NCBI RefSeq assembly: GCF_018977255.1
Contig: NW_024704742.1
Location: 21,392,001-21,456,000 of the forward strand
Direction of reading: 5' to 3'
DNA length: 64,000 nt
Source of the DNA: Callorhinchus milii
Lineage: Eukaryota
Numbering within the stretch: position 1 is the first letter of the stretch; every line of letters begins with the position of its first letter. Of the stretch, positions 1 through 12,055 are shown in pieces. The notes beneath the pieces were generated by a model, which had not been told where the DNA came from, searched no databases, and saw only the letters and a program-made list of their open reading frames with translations. A program made the position numbers and the translations under genes.

Positions 1-149
1 GTGTTCAGAGAATTATAACAGCATAATAATAGAATAAATAATCAAGAGAAGATGCAATGTTATCACCTAGATTATATTGCCAGAATGACTGAGCTCATAT
101 AAGAAAAAGGGGGCATTGTAATTGGACAAGTAGAGTGGGTAGTATTGTA

Positions 150-1102
150 ATAATGCTTGTACTTGATATAGGGCCTTACTGAATTAAAACACCTCAAAGC
201 ACTTCACAGTAATTACTGTTAATGCAGTTATTGTGTATTCTGTAGCCAAATATAATAGCTAATTTGCACACAGCAATATCCCACAAATAGCCAGAAGGTG
301 AATGATCAATTTATTTGGGGGAACTCTTGCCCAGGAAACCTGAAGCAACTCCTTTCTCTTTTCCAATAGTTCTATAGGATCTTTACCGTCCTTCTGAGCA
401 GATAGACAGGGCTTTGTTTGAATATCTCAGCCAGAAGTAATAATATATAATAATAATCCTTGCATTTGATATATTACCATATCACGTCTTTGAGACATCA
501 CAAAGCGCTTCACAGAATATACTGTAAAGTGTAGTGACTGTGTGTTTTGTCGGCGAAACGTGGCAGCCAATTGCGCACAGCAGTGTCCCACAAAAAGTTG
601 TGGTTTGAGTGACCAAATTATTATTATTTTTGGAGGGATTATTACTCCCAGAATGCGATCGGCCAATCGACTAATAAGTGGGTTCCTACTTACTGCTGGG
701 TAAACAGAGGCATGTGGAGTAAGGAAACTTGCCTAAGGTTTTGCCCTCCCAAGAATCAACCCCGGGTCCTAACCATTATACTACAGGACTCCATATAACT
801 GGATAAACTACTACCCACCCTCCACACACACATACATACACACATACCCTGATCAGCCCCACCCTTGCTCTCGCCTCCACCTGCTCTTGGCCTCCCAGAA
901 GTACTCTATCTCCCCCGACCCACAAATTCTCCCTTCCTTAAAGATTGTCATCCTCGTGGGGAGAGAAGTCACCTCCACTGATGCAGCGCTCCCCTAACAC
1001 CTCACTCGAGTATCAGCCTGAATCACAAACTCATAGTCCTCAACACAGGACTTCAACCCACAACCTTCTAATCGAGAAAAAAGACAATTGAGCCAGGCTG
1101 AA
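150..1102 (-). mobile_element. Old Deu-type tRNA SINE (about 150-430, head resuming about 965-1102), interrupted by a younger SINE and other sequence
   Basis: Deu-like body (gctaatttgcacacagcaatatcccacaaatagcc, ggatctttaccgtcc) and head (caacccacaaccttct...tgagccaggctga) matching other copies such as 39820-40232. Confidence 0.65.
439..793 (-). mobile_element. tRNA-Ala-like SINE, long subfamily, with partial head deletion
   Basis: (TAA)n tail + CCTTGCATTTGATAT, body GCAGCCAATTGCGCACAGCAGTGTCCCAC, long-type segment CCAATCGACTAA...GGGTTCCTACTTACTGC, ends ...CTACAGGACTCCA. Confidence 0.88.
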
Positions 1103-1315
1103 AAGTCATGAAATCATACGGTATTGACAACACTCCTCAAAACCGTTTAATTCTTTCATGGGCACGAGATGAGACACTGTAGGTAGTACTATTCAAGAGA
1201 TATGTTATTCAAATTCATGACAAACATAGCCAAAACTAAAACTGAATAAAAAATGAGGCTGGTTAGTGAAATCCAATTTTTTTTTGTAGAAGGGACATTT
1301 CAAGTAAGTGCCTAC

Positions 1316-1405
1316 CAGAATCTTCAACAGAGAAATAGAAGATGTCATTGGTTGCATTGTCGCCCTCACGCAGAATGTAGGAGATCTTCATGTCATCGAT
1401 ATCAG
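1316..1405 (-). CDS. FREM3: FREM2/FREM3-family gene, coding exon 2 (90 nt, phase 1 to phase 1)
   Basis: Minus strand reads ttgctttataacag|CTGATATCGATGAC...GTTGAAGATTCTG|gtaggc. Joined to the last G of exon 1 it translates ADIDDMKISYILREGDNATNDIFYFSVEDS(G), the peptide that follows ...FTQ in FREM2/FREM3. Canonical AG/GT sites and compatible phase. Too short for the ORF track. Confidence 0.95.
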
Positions 1406-2221
1406 CTGTTATAAAGCAATTTGCAGACAATTAATGATTGGCATTGTCCAATACATCAGAAAAAATGCCATTAGTGTAATTTGAAACATAATTGGATTTG
1501 AAATGCAATATTCACAAAGAGATACTTGCTACATCAAAGTTTGTTTTGTAAAAATAAATTGTTGGATTGCTGAGATTCGCTAAAAATGTTGAAAAATTCA
1601 GGAAAACAATCTAGCATTGGATCTTTGACCTAGATTATAAACTCAGGTACAACCAGAGCTGAGATATTTCAGTCTTGTGAGCAAATTCATATTGGTTTAA
1701 ACCATCTCCTCATTACCATTCTCAACCCTGTCCAACCTATGTACCTAGGGGAATAGGTACTTTGTTTGAATAAGGTGAAAAGTCCTTTGAAAAATGTGAA
1801 TGTACCTTTAACACATTCAGGTCACTGAGCCAGAGCAACAGATTTGATGCAAGCATTGCATCCTATTCCTGAAAGCCTTTCCCTCCTTCTCCTAAATTTG
1901 TAGAAGACTGAGAAGATTAAGCAAAGCAGCTTACATTGCCTGTTATGTAGTGAAAAATCCACTCTCCCATGATACAAAATTAACTTATTTATAATGTAGA
2001 GTATTAAACTATCACGAAACAAGTAATAAAAGGCTCTAGATATATGAATAACGTTAATGAATTTTCATACATTATCCTTAGCAATACATTAATACAGTAA
2101 TTCTCCCTCTGAACCTATACAGAGTGATTTTATCGGAGGTGTACCTCGATATGCTGAAAGAAATATCTGTCACATCTATGGTTCAACCCATATCATGCTG
2201 TTCAAACGAAAAACACCACAA

Positions 2222-2440
2222 AATAATAATAATCCTTGTATTTGATATAGGGCCTTATCACATTGATAAAATGCCTTAAAACACTTCACAGGAAATACTG
2301 TAAAGTGGTTGTATTTATAGGCAAATATAGCAGCCAATTTGTGCACAACAATGATCCACAAATAGCCATGAAGTGAATGACCAACTTTTTTGTAGAGGAT
2401 TGTTGTTCCTGTAAGGTTATCACTGAAATCCCAAAGCTTT
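2222..2440 (-). mobile_element. Deu-type SINE 3' fragment
   Basis: aataataataatccttgtatttgatatag...gcagccaatttgtgcacaacaatgatccacaaatagccatgaagtgaatgacc. Confidence 0.75.
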
Positions 2441-3644
2441 CAATAGCAGGTCCATCAAAGACAAAGTCTCCCTCAGGCACCTGTGAGTCTTCCCTGTGAG
2501 ACATTGCTGAGGTTTAATAACAGCCATTCATCTTATTAACAAAGGTGAGGATGACAGGATTCCTAGAAGTAAACTATCAGTGGTGGGTAATTATTGGAAA
2601 TACTGAAGACATAATGAATGCACCGGAATGACAAGAATTCCTAATCAAGCGAAGATCTCACTATTTCTTCACATACAGCTATTTGCTCAAGGACTATTGT
2701 GCCAGGGATCTGCACATTGTACTGGTTCGGGTTTTTTTTGTTCTCAAACAATTAAACTTACCACTTTCAAATTACCATTGAAATAAGTGTTCCCAAAGTT
2801 AAAAGTTTAAAAAAAATCATTGTAGAAATAACAAAGGGCTTTCTCATGCACATAAAACAAACTCTGAATAGAGAATCAAAAAGAACCATTAAGTGAATGA
2901 TGTGTTTAACTGACTTTAACTGTCCCAGTAGTATTAGGCTTCAAACTGCTAATACCAATAAGATTTCTTTCCAGAGAATTATTTTCAAGAAATCCAGAAA
3001 AAATGATCATTTTTCTATAAAAGGTAACATTTGCATATGTAAGTGTGTGTCCCTAGACTCGTCTAGTGAAGTGGTTAGACCAGACTGCGAAGGGCACAGC
3101 ACAAAACAACCATTTATAAATAAACAAATAAAACAGCAATTTCTAAAGGTTGAACATCTTTTGTAAAATCATGCATTGATCTATAATTACTTAATCAATG
3201 TGTCAGAGGTTAACAATATATCAAAACGTGTATTGGTTTACACCTCCAATAAAATAGATGAAGCAGAATGGCTGATATTGCTAATGACAGCTCAGCTAGA
3301 CTGGGAATTCATAGCAGTGGTGTGATGCCGTTCTGAATTTACCTGCAGGAAATGGAGGTAACAAAGTATTTTTTTAACAAATATATTTAAAGCACTAAAT
3401 AACTAAAATATAAGAGCTCATTTAACTGCTTAGATTCTGCAGAAACAGAGAATTTACTGTGGGGGACGGGTGGGGTCGGGGGTGGGAAGGAGGAGAGGTG
3501 AACTATGGCTGAGAACATGTTCTCCATTATCCAAACCAGTAATGATCCCAGGTTCAAGCCCAGAGTTACTACTGTGTTAGCTGGGCTCAACCAGTGTTGA
3601 AATGGGAGTGATCTGAGTGACTCGAAAATGAGTCAGGGTTCAAT

Positions 3645-4000
3645 ACAACACAAATTTACATTTATATAGTACCTTTCACATCGGGAGGACATCCCAAAGT
3701 GCTTAACAGTACTGGCTTGATACCTGAGCTAGGGTGGGTGCAGAGGGGGTACAGAGGGGATAGATGACGGAAGGTCCGGTTAAAGGCAAAGGTATTGAGA
3801 CAGACTTTGAAAGAGGTGAGGGAGGGAGTGAGTCAGAGAGGCTTCAGGATGGAGTTCCATAGAATTAGGGCAGATAGACCGAAAGCCTGACCGCCGATGG
3901 TGGGGCAGGTAGAACAGTGGACATGAAGCAGGCTGGTGATCTCTGAGCAAAGGGAGCGGATGGGCTTGTACAATGTGAGGAGATTCCACCTGGAGGAGAG
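3645..4000 (-). mobile_element. L2 LINE 3' fragment inserted into an AmnSINE2-like element (pieces at about 3540-3620 and 4020-4110)
   Basis: L2 tail (caacacaaatttacatttatatagtacctttcacatcgggaggacatcccaaagtgct) followed by the purine-rich antisense ORF2 end; flanks resemble the family at 22830 and 42130. Confidence 0.7.
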
Positions 4001-5805
4001 AGTGGGTGGGGTTCAGATGAGAACTGGAATGGGCTCATTTTAAGTTATATATCCTCTGGTGCGTAACCTGCCAACACTCACTGCAAAGGCTCACACATAG
4101 CCACTCAGCAGCGGTGCCATCTGACCAGCAAAAAGTAAAAAGGAGTTAACTGCCTTGGGAAGAGGAGAAAATTGGCAAGGAGAATAAAAGAAAAACAACT
4201 CGTCACTAATGGTAGCATCATGAAGGACAACATAATGATTTAGAATGACTGAAATATTTTCAATATGAAAAATGAGAGCCAAGTTTATCTAGTTTTGTGA
4301 CCGGACAAATTGCAGTAGCTAACTTCAAATCTTGATTCCATCCGATGTAGTGTGAAATGTCCAATGCCTATGTTCCTTTACAGCAATGCCATGAACTAAA
4401 TATATTGGCCTCATTAGGCTTATCAGCTCCTCTGAAGTCTATTTGTGACATGGTGAATAAAGCCCATGCTTTTATCTTTATGTGCTTTAACTCTTGGCTT
4501 GGCGGTCACAATTCACTAATTCAAAGATTATTTGATTCAACTTGGTTTAATATCATTCATTCTGTGCTGGCTCTGAAAACCTATTGTTTCAAAACTAACA
4601 TAATTTCGGAAATAAAGGAATTAGTACCTGCCAGGTCAATTAATGTTCATCACACACTGGAGTAAAATTGCTCAGAGAACTTTAATGCTGATTTACGTGA
4701 CTGTTTAGCACATTTTTGAATCTGCACTAACAAGCTTACTAATAGGACTACCTTTATGATCTCTGATTCACGGCAGAGCCAATTTACTCAGGGGAGGTTT
4801 TCTGTGAATAGTGGCTGTGGAGGAGATGCATTGTGCAGGGACTACATTTGCTTAATCACTTCCAACTTCAAAGTGCCCTTAAAAGAAATAAGTCTTTCAT
4901 AACCAAATCCATTCTTGAGACGAACAACATTGTTCCAATGATTTCAAAGCACTTTTCTCCTAACTTTGTTAATTTTGATTGTGTTTCCCTTATGAGGCTA
5001 ATAACTCTTGACCAAGCCTCACTGATCATAGCTAGTGTGGACAATTGTTGGTCAGCCCCTTTCCAACAAAAGCAGCCATGGTAATGCTATGGGCACACTT
5101 TTTAGTGCATAAATGAAAATGCTCCAATGCATCCTGTGGGTGACTGGGTACTGGGGAACTCGGTGACCTCTGAAAGCAAGCTATGATCTGTTGCCAAACA
5201 AGAGTGAAAGTCTCCCTGTACTAAGTCAAGTGGTGGTAGTGGCGGGTGAGTAGGGGGAATCTTCTTTGTGTTAATCCACCATTGGGCTAGTAAATTTAGG
5301 GATAGAAAAATAGACCAGTGGTTCAGGCATTAGTATAGCATGCAATTCATTGATATAAAGCAAAGCAGAATTTGTTAAAGTAAAAGCAAGCAACTTATAG
5401 ATGGATTTCCATTACATCAATGTATATTTCAAATTGTCCCATACAGGTCCTACAATTTTATTAAGCTATTGGACTCAGCGACCATGCCAGAATGAGGTTG
5501 ACATGTAAATGTTGAACTCCAGTTAGTTTTGTTTGGATAATCTTCAGCACAGTAATAGATATTTGTCTGTCAGATGTCCATCTAACAAAACAGTACTCAT
5601 ATTCTTGTCTTCGGCTACTTGTTAGGATTAATCTTTTATTTGCTGCAAATTCCATAAAAGTTAAACCATAGTTCTAATAAAATCTATGTTATCACTAATC
5701 AACCCCTATACTTTGAGATATTTGAAACCAAATACACAAATATCCAATGTGAATATTGTATTTCTTTGTATAAAACATGGTTCAGAAGTGGTCCTTATGA
5801 CTAAC

Positions 5806-8800
5806 CTTGACTGAATGTATTAACACTGTTGTTGCCCAGGCCAATGTTAATAATGTACCCATGTTCTGGTTCCTCTGTGATCCTGAACTTCAACAGCTTG
5901 TGTGGGCTGTCACGGTCTTCAGCCTTCAATGCTTTGCTTGTGATCATAAACCCGAGATGGCCAGTTTGCACAATTCGAAGAGTCGCAGCCCCTTTGTTGA
6001 CAAGAATTTGTGGCACTCCATTGTCAACGGCTAATATTTGGATATTCATCATCTGAGGCCTACGTGTCTCAAACACAGTATCTGGGAAAACATAGTATTC
6101 AGTGTGCGTGCCATCAGTTACAGTGAAGGAGAAACTGTCTTTGCTTGACTCTGTGCCGTCGTGTTTGTAGCTAATGAGATTTTCATTCAAGTCCTGCTTG
6201 GTGAAGCTGGCAACAGACTGACTGCTGTTAAACAACAACTGGCCATGAACAGGCACTTGAGTGATAGTGAATAGGAGGAGATGGTCTGGAGTGTCACGGT
6301 CTTCCACTGTGAGCTCAAATGGGGTGATGAGCTTCACTTCCCCTTCATTGACAATCAAATCATGAACAGTAACGACTGGCTTCTTGTTGTCCACATCAGT
6401 GATTGAAACACGAAACGTGCGGAAAACTGGGTTGTAGCCATCAGTAACCTCAAACTCAAAGCTGTCCATTTTAACTTCATCATCTGATGTATGGATGTAG
6501 TAAATTTTATTCCCTGCTAACTGTAGCTGAGTGAAGGAGGTGATGGGAACACCTGGATTGTCCGTCATTTCAAGGTGGCCACGGCTTGGTGCACGAGTGA
6601 TACTAAATCTTAGGTTTTCATCGGGGCTGTTAATGTCATTGGTGCTCAGCAAATCGGTAGTCAATGTAACCCTGCCACCTTCCTTCAGTGTAACTCCTTT
6701 GTTGATTACTTCTGGGAACAACTTATCAATGCTGCCAATGCTAATGTAAAAGTAACGATCAATCAGGGGGTTGATGCCATCTGTCACATCAAACTTGACG
6801 AGATCCCGTACCCCTTCCTGTCCTGTGTGCACGTACTGAATCAGTCCTTGGTCAATTTCATCTTGTGTAAAATTCATGCCCACTGTGATGTTCTCAAACA
6901 CACCACCTTCCCTGCTCAAACGTTGCAATAAGCCTTGGCTTTGACCATAGCGGATGATATAAGTCAGTGTTTTGTCATCGGAATCTAAGTCAGTCGCTTT
7001 TAAGACTCTGTTATTTATCACCTTTGATTCACCGATCTCAACTTCTAGTCCATCATTGATGGTCATCCGTGGTGTCTCATCATCAATTGGAATTATCATG
7101 ATGGTAACAGTCTTGTCCACAGTATGTTTGCCATCAGTAAGTTTGATGTCAAAGCTGTCTTCTTTGGTTTCAGAGTCATCATGTTCATAGACAATATTGG
7201 ATCCAATGGAAATCTCCATCAGAGTGAAATTTCGAACTGGGACTGTGCCATGAGTTAACTGATGGACAACGTGGCCATGTTGTGGGGGCTTTGTGATGAT
7301 AAAATAGAGTTCATCAGCAGGGATATCAGCATCTGCTGCATTCAAAATTGGTGAGTCAATGACGAGATTCATACCCTCCATCACAACAAACTCCCGAACA
7401 AAAATCTCTGGCTTCTCATCATTAGCTGGAATAATAATTATTGAAAAGAAGTAACGCTGAGAGAAGTTAATACCATCTGAGCAGCGGAATGTGAACCTGT
7501 CTTCAACATTTTCCACCTCTTTGTGAATACTTTGAACGTAATAGATATGTCCTAAGCGAATGTCTTTGATTGTAAATGCACTAATTGCTGTTCCAGTCCT
7601 TGACTTCTCAGACCCAGGGGCTGGAGAAATGTTTTCAACGTATCCACAAGTGGCCTGAACAATTATGGTGCACAGAATGTCATCATCTGGTGTGTCCACA
7701 TCTTTTGCATTCAGATTTGCCAGTGTTATGACATTCTTCTCCCCTTCTACAACTGTGTACCGTTCACGAAGAACAATGTCAGGTGCAACACTGTCAACAG
7801 ACAATATAGTGACTTGAACTGTGACACCTTGTACTTTATTCCCACCAACAACCCATTCATTTGACAGGTCAGAAATAGTCAAGTTGAAAGAATCTTGACG
7901 CTTCTGTATACCGATTTCACCACTGGTATGAGCATACACCACGGCACCATTGATGATATCTTCCTGTGTAAACCTCTCTGCTGGCAGCCCGTTGACTAGA
8001 ATCTCACCCAGTTTAGGAGTGTCCTCCACAATGAATGTCAGGATTAGATCATCAGTATCTTCATCGGTGCCCTGGATGACATTGGTTGTGATTTCGGTAG
8101 CCCCATTTTCAAGAACATCTATGTGTGAGCCAAGTTGCCCTTCGGGAAGCCTGATGATTGGTATCTCATCATCTACAGGCCGCACTGTAATTCGGATAGT
8201 TATTGGAACTTCATGGATACCATCGCTAACATCTAGTTTGAAGGAATCTCTTGTTGACTCGTCACCACTGTGGACATACACAACACGTCCATTCACAATG
8301 TCATCCAAGACAAATAATTCACCAACGATTATTATCACTCCCACATACTGCAAATGTCCGTGCTTTGGTGCTTGTGTCAAAGTGAACGTTATCTTGTCTT
8401 CATTTGTATCCCGATCAGTTGCCACCAATTCTGCCTTCGTTAAGACAAACTCACTACGTTCCAGTACAATAAAGCCGGTATTAGTAATTTGAGGAGGTTT
8501 GTTATCCACTGGCTGTAAAAAGATTGTGAAAGTGCCTTCTACAGAATTTCCTGCAGTGTCTTCCACTGAGAAAGTAAACTGGAGCACTCTGGGGCTGATT
8601 CCAAGTTCCTGATCTGGAGGACTATAGGCTACTTTATGGTGATTTACTTGAGCTTGGGTAAATTCTGTGATGACTGTGTCAGGATTTTCTGTCAAAACTA
8701 TGTTACCCATCCTGACTGGATTGTTCTCATCCAGGTCGGTTGGAGGTGTCAAAACGGTGTATTTCAGGTCTCGATCGTCTGAATCCAGATCTGTGTAACG

Positions 8801-10816
8801 CATAAACTTCTTCCGGAAATATGTGATCTCATATTCCTTTACGACCATTTGCAAAATGGTGCCCGGGAACAGTTCGGGTGGGATGTCATCCACTGGTTGT
8901 ATCTTGATGGCGAATGAATGTTCTCCTGACTGGTTTGGGGGATCGTTGTCATCTTGGACACGAAACACAAAGCCGTCCATTACCATGGTGGTGCTGTGAG
9001 GCCCAATGTGGCGATAGTACAACTTGCCATCCAGAATGTCCAGCTGGTACCATTCGGTTACAACCATCTCGTATACCCCATCGTCTTCCACGTAGTTCCA
9101 GGCAGATGGCTCTTCGGGCACCTTGTCTTGTCGCAGGACCAATTGGCCAAGATTGGAATAGGGAGGTTCAATTGTGAATTTGATGGTGGAGTCTTCGGAA
9201 TCGATGTCGGTGGCACTCAAGATGAAGGGTGAGATTTGCAGGATTTCATTCTTGAACAGAACAAGTCCCGTGTTGGCGTTGATAATAGGAGGTTCGTCAT
9301 CAGTGGGCGCAATCGTGATGGAAAACAAGAACTCCACCTGGTGCCTGCCGTCCGTCATGCGAAAGATAATGTTGTCACTGTAGGTGTCGCTGCCGTCATG
9401 CTGATAAACCACGACCCCGGCGTCCAGATCAGCAGGCGTGAAGAATTTCCTCCGAGCCCCGAGTACAGTCAACTCACCATGTCTCAAGCCATCTACGACA
9501 CTTATTTTCACATCCTCGAGGTTATCCTCGTCACTGATCTCCAAGTTCTGAGCGCTGGACAGTGCTCTCGATTGCCCTTCAAAGAGCAGCTGGCCGGTGT
9601 TTTTGGTCGCGACCGGTGCCAGAGTGTTCATGGGTTTCACGACTATCATGAAAGCAAATGTATCCGAGGTTGCCCCTTCGGTGTCTACAACCTCGAGCTC
9701 AATCTGAAAGATCCTCTCCACGTCAGCATCTATCGGGGGAGGCTTGTAAGCAATCTTGAGATCTTTGATGTCACTCTGATAGAAGGAAGTTATGGGCAAG
9801 TTCTGGTCATCAGTGCTGATGAGGTAGCCTTGCTGGTAGCCGAGAGGTGAAGTGATGTTAAAGATCAAGTCATCTGCTTCTGACTCCACATCTTCAGCAG
9901 CCAACATGTCATGGGTGACAGCCGTCATGACAAACTGATCGACCTCCATCATCATCATAGCCACAAAACTGGGTTTGGGGAGCGTGTTTTCCGTCCCTTC
10001 CCTGATCCTCACCATAATCTGGAAGTGCTCTTGCTTGACCGTGTTTCCTTCTCTGTCCAGCAGCTCGACCACCATGGGGATGTAGTCCCTGTTGGGGGAG
10101 TTGGTGCTGGCTGTGTGCTGGTAACGAATGCCCGAACTCGCGAAGGCATCGCAGTCCATCATCTGCCCGTCAGACGAGACATTTAAGAGCTGACCGTACC
10201 TGGGCAGCCCTCCGCCCCCCGGCCGAGTGGCGATCCCGCACGTCTCCGAAGTCCTCTCGAAGGTGTAGCCCAGCACTTTCTTGTCGATGGGGTTGCTGAG
10301 GCCGTTCAGCTTGTCCACCACCAAGGGCATGTTGCGGGTGAGGACCTCCAGCTGCTGAAAGACCACCTGCACTTCCAGCAGGAAGGGGACGACCACCGTG
10401 TGGGTCTGAGTGTCGTAGCGGAGCTGGAGCTTGACCCTGTCCCTGTTGGGGCTCCTGGAGCCCAGGTGAGTGTACCGGACATCGCCCGGGCCGAACTGAC
10501 ACGGGAACTTCTCGGGCGAGAGGGTTCCCGGTCTCTGCGAGAGAGGGTCGCCGTCCAGCACCGTGACCGAGCACCTGTCTCCCGGCCGCACCGCGATCAC
10601 CAGGTCGCTGAGCGGGTCGAGGTGGACCGATCGGCCGAAGGGCACCCTCAGCCCGGTGTTGGCGAGCAGCAGCGAGTCCCGGGTGGGTCCCGGGCGGGGT
10701 CCGTGCAGCAGGAACGGCTCCGGGTCCTCCTGAGCCCCCGGGACCGCCGCCGCGACCAGCACCAGCCACGCCAGGCACACGGCACCTGAAGCCAGGCTCA
10801 GCCCGATGCCGAGCAT
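5806..10816 (-). CDS. FREM3: FRAS1-related extracellular matrix protein (FREM2/FREM3 family), giant coding exon 1: signal peptide, N-terminal NV region and tandem CSPG (cadherin-like) repeats
   Basis: 1670 codons plus 1 nt from ATG (gcagaaATGc at 10816); the ORF-track start at 10870 is a GTG inside a microsatellite. Hydrophobic signal peptide [28 protein letters not shown]. Family motifs [76 protein letters not shown] and repeated D.D...L.F.I...P.HG and YxHdgse..D.F.F.V.DG units. Family call is firm. FREM3 over FREM2 rests on recalled motifs ([46 protein letters not shown]) and is tentative. Confidence 0.93.
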
Positions 10817-10858
10817 TTCTGCCGGGGGTGGGGGGGGGTGGTGGGCTACTGCCGGGCT

Positions 10859-11232
10859 CCTCTCACTCACTCACTCACTTCCTCACTCACTCCCTCACTT
10901 CCTCACTCACTCCCTCACTCCCTCACTCACTCACTCCCTTCCTCCCTCACTCACTCACTCCCTCACTCACTCCCTTCCTCACTCACTCACTCCCTCACTC
11001 ACTCCCTTCCTCACTCACTCACTCACTTCCTCACTCACTCACTCACTCCCTCACTCACTCACTCCCTTCCTCACTCACTCCCTCCTCCTCACTCACTTCC
11101 TCACTCCCTCCCTCACTCCCTCCTCGACTCTCTCCCTCACTCACTCCCTCCCTCACTCCCTCCTCGACTCCCTCCCTCACTCACTCCCTCCCTCCCTCCC
11201 TCACTCACTCACTCACTCACTCCCTCACTCCC
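10859..11232. repeat. (TCAC/TCCC/TTCC)n tetranucleotide microsatellite, about 370 bp
   Basis: Direct reading: tcactcactcactcacttcctcactcactccctcac... Confidence 0.97.
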
Positions 11233-11339
11233 CGAAAAGGACTTGCGGAATCTCGCCGGGGATCTGCGCGTCCGCAAAGCTGAGCGTGAGCTGAGCCGAT
11301 CACCGGTGGGTTTGGAGCTGAGCTGTCACAGGCACATGG

Positions 11340-11480
11340 AGGGCAGGCGGGCAGGGCTGGGCAGGGCGGGGCAAGGCAGAGCAGGGCAGGCAGGTAGGGC
11401 AGGCGGTGCAAGGCAGGGCAGGCGGGCAGAGCAAGGCAGGGCTGGCGGGGCAGGGCTGGCGGGGCAGGGGCTGGTAGGCA
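11340..11480. repeat. Degenerate (GGGCA/GGGCT)n pentamer repeat
   Basis: gggcaggcgggcagggctgggcagggcggggcaaggcagagcagggcagg... Confidence 0.9.
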
Positions 11481-11536
11481 GACACTGCGCTCCCGCTATG
11501 ACCGCCCGCTCCAGGTAATACTCAGTGCCGGGCTGT

Positions 11537-11885
11537 CCCGCCCCCCGCCCCGCCCACAGCCCCGCCCCCCCGCCCACAGCCCCGCCCCCACGCACACAGC
11601 CTCGCCCACAGCCCCGCCCACAGCCCCGCCCCCCCCACAGCCCCGCCCCCCGCCCACAGCCCCGCCCCCCGCCCCGCCCCCGCCCACAGCCCCGCCCCCC
11701 GCACACAGCCTCGCCCACAGCCCCGCCCACAGCCCCGCCCCCGTCCACAGCCCCGCCCCCCGCCCACAGCCCCGCCCCCCGCCCCGCCCCCGCACACAGC
11801 CCCGCCCCCCGCCCACAGCCCCGCCCCCGCCCACGCCCCGCCCCCCGCCCCCGCCCCGCCCCCGCCCCCCGCCCCGCCCCCGCCT
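11537..11885. repeat. GC-box minisatellite built from CCCCGCCC and CACAGC units
   Basis: Tandem cccgcccacagccccgccccc units; the minus strand gives many GGGGCGGG Sp/KLF-type GC boxes. Confidence 0.92.
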
Positions 11886-12055
11886 CTCACCACCTGATCC
11901 CAACCTCTGCGGCTTCGTTCCCGGTCTGTGCCGCTCATCCCAAACTTTGCAGCACTGAGAGCCAACACTGTGCGGCCCCTCCCAACCCCTCATCTCCCCC
12001 CCATGTGCCCCGGCACTCAGCTGCTGCCACCACACCCCAGAGCTGGACAACAGCC

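Larger units (their letters stand above)
1406..5805 (-). other. Intron 1 of the FREM gene (4400 nt)
   Basis: Donor CAAG|gttagt at 5806/5805 and acceptor ttataacag| at 1406/1405; contains SINE and L2 fragments. Confidence 0.92.

Noticed and set aside
5807..10789. Antisense and alternative-frame ORFs overlapping FREM exon 1 (e.g. 7950-8492, 9236-9850, 10170-10778)
   Set aside because: Shadow ORFs expected from codon structure and high GC; no recognisable products.
10817..10870. ORF-track N-terminus [18 protein letters not shown]
   Set aside because: Starts at a GTG within the microsatellite; the ATG at 10816 directly precedes the signal peptide.
10806..11518. THSL/SLTP-repeat ORFs on the + strand
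   Set aside because: Translation of the (TCAC/TCCC)n microsatellite.
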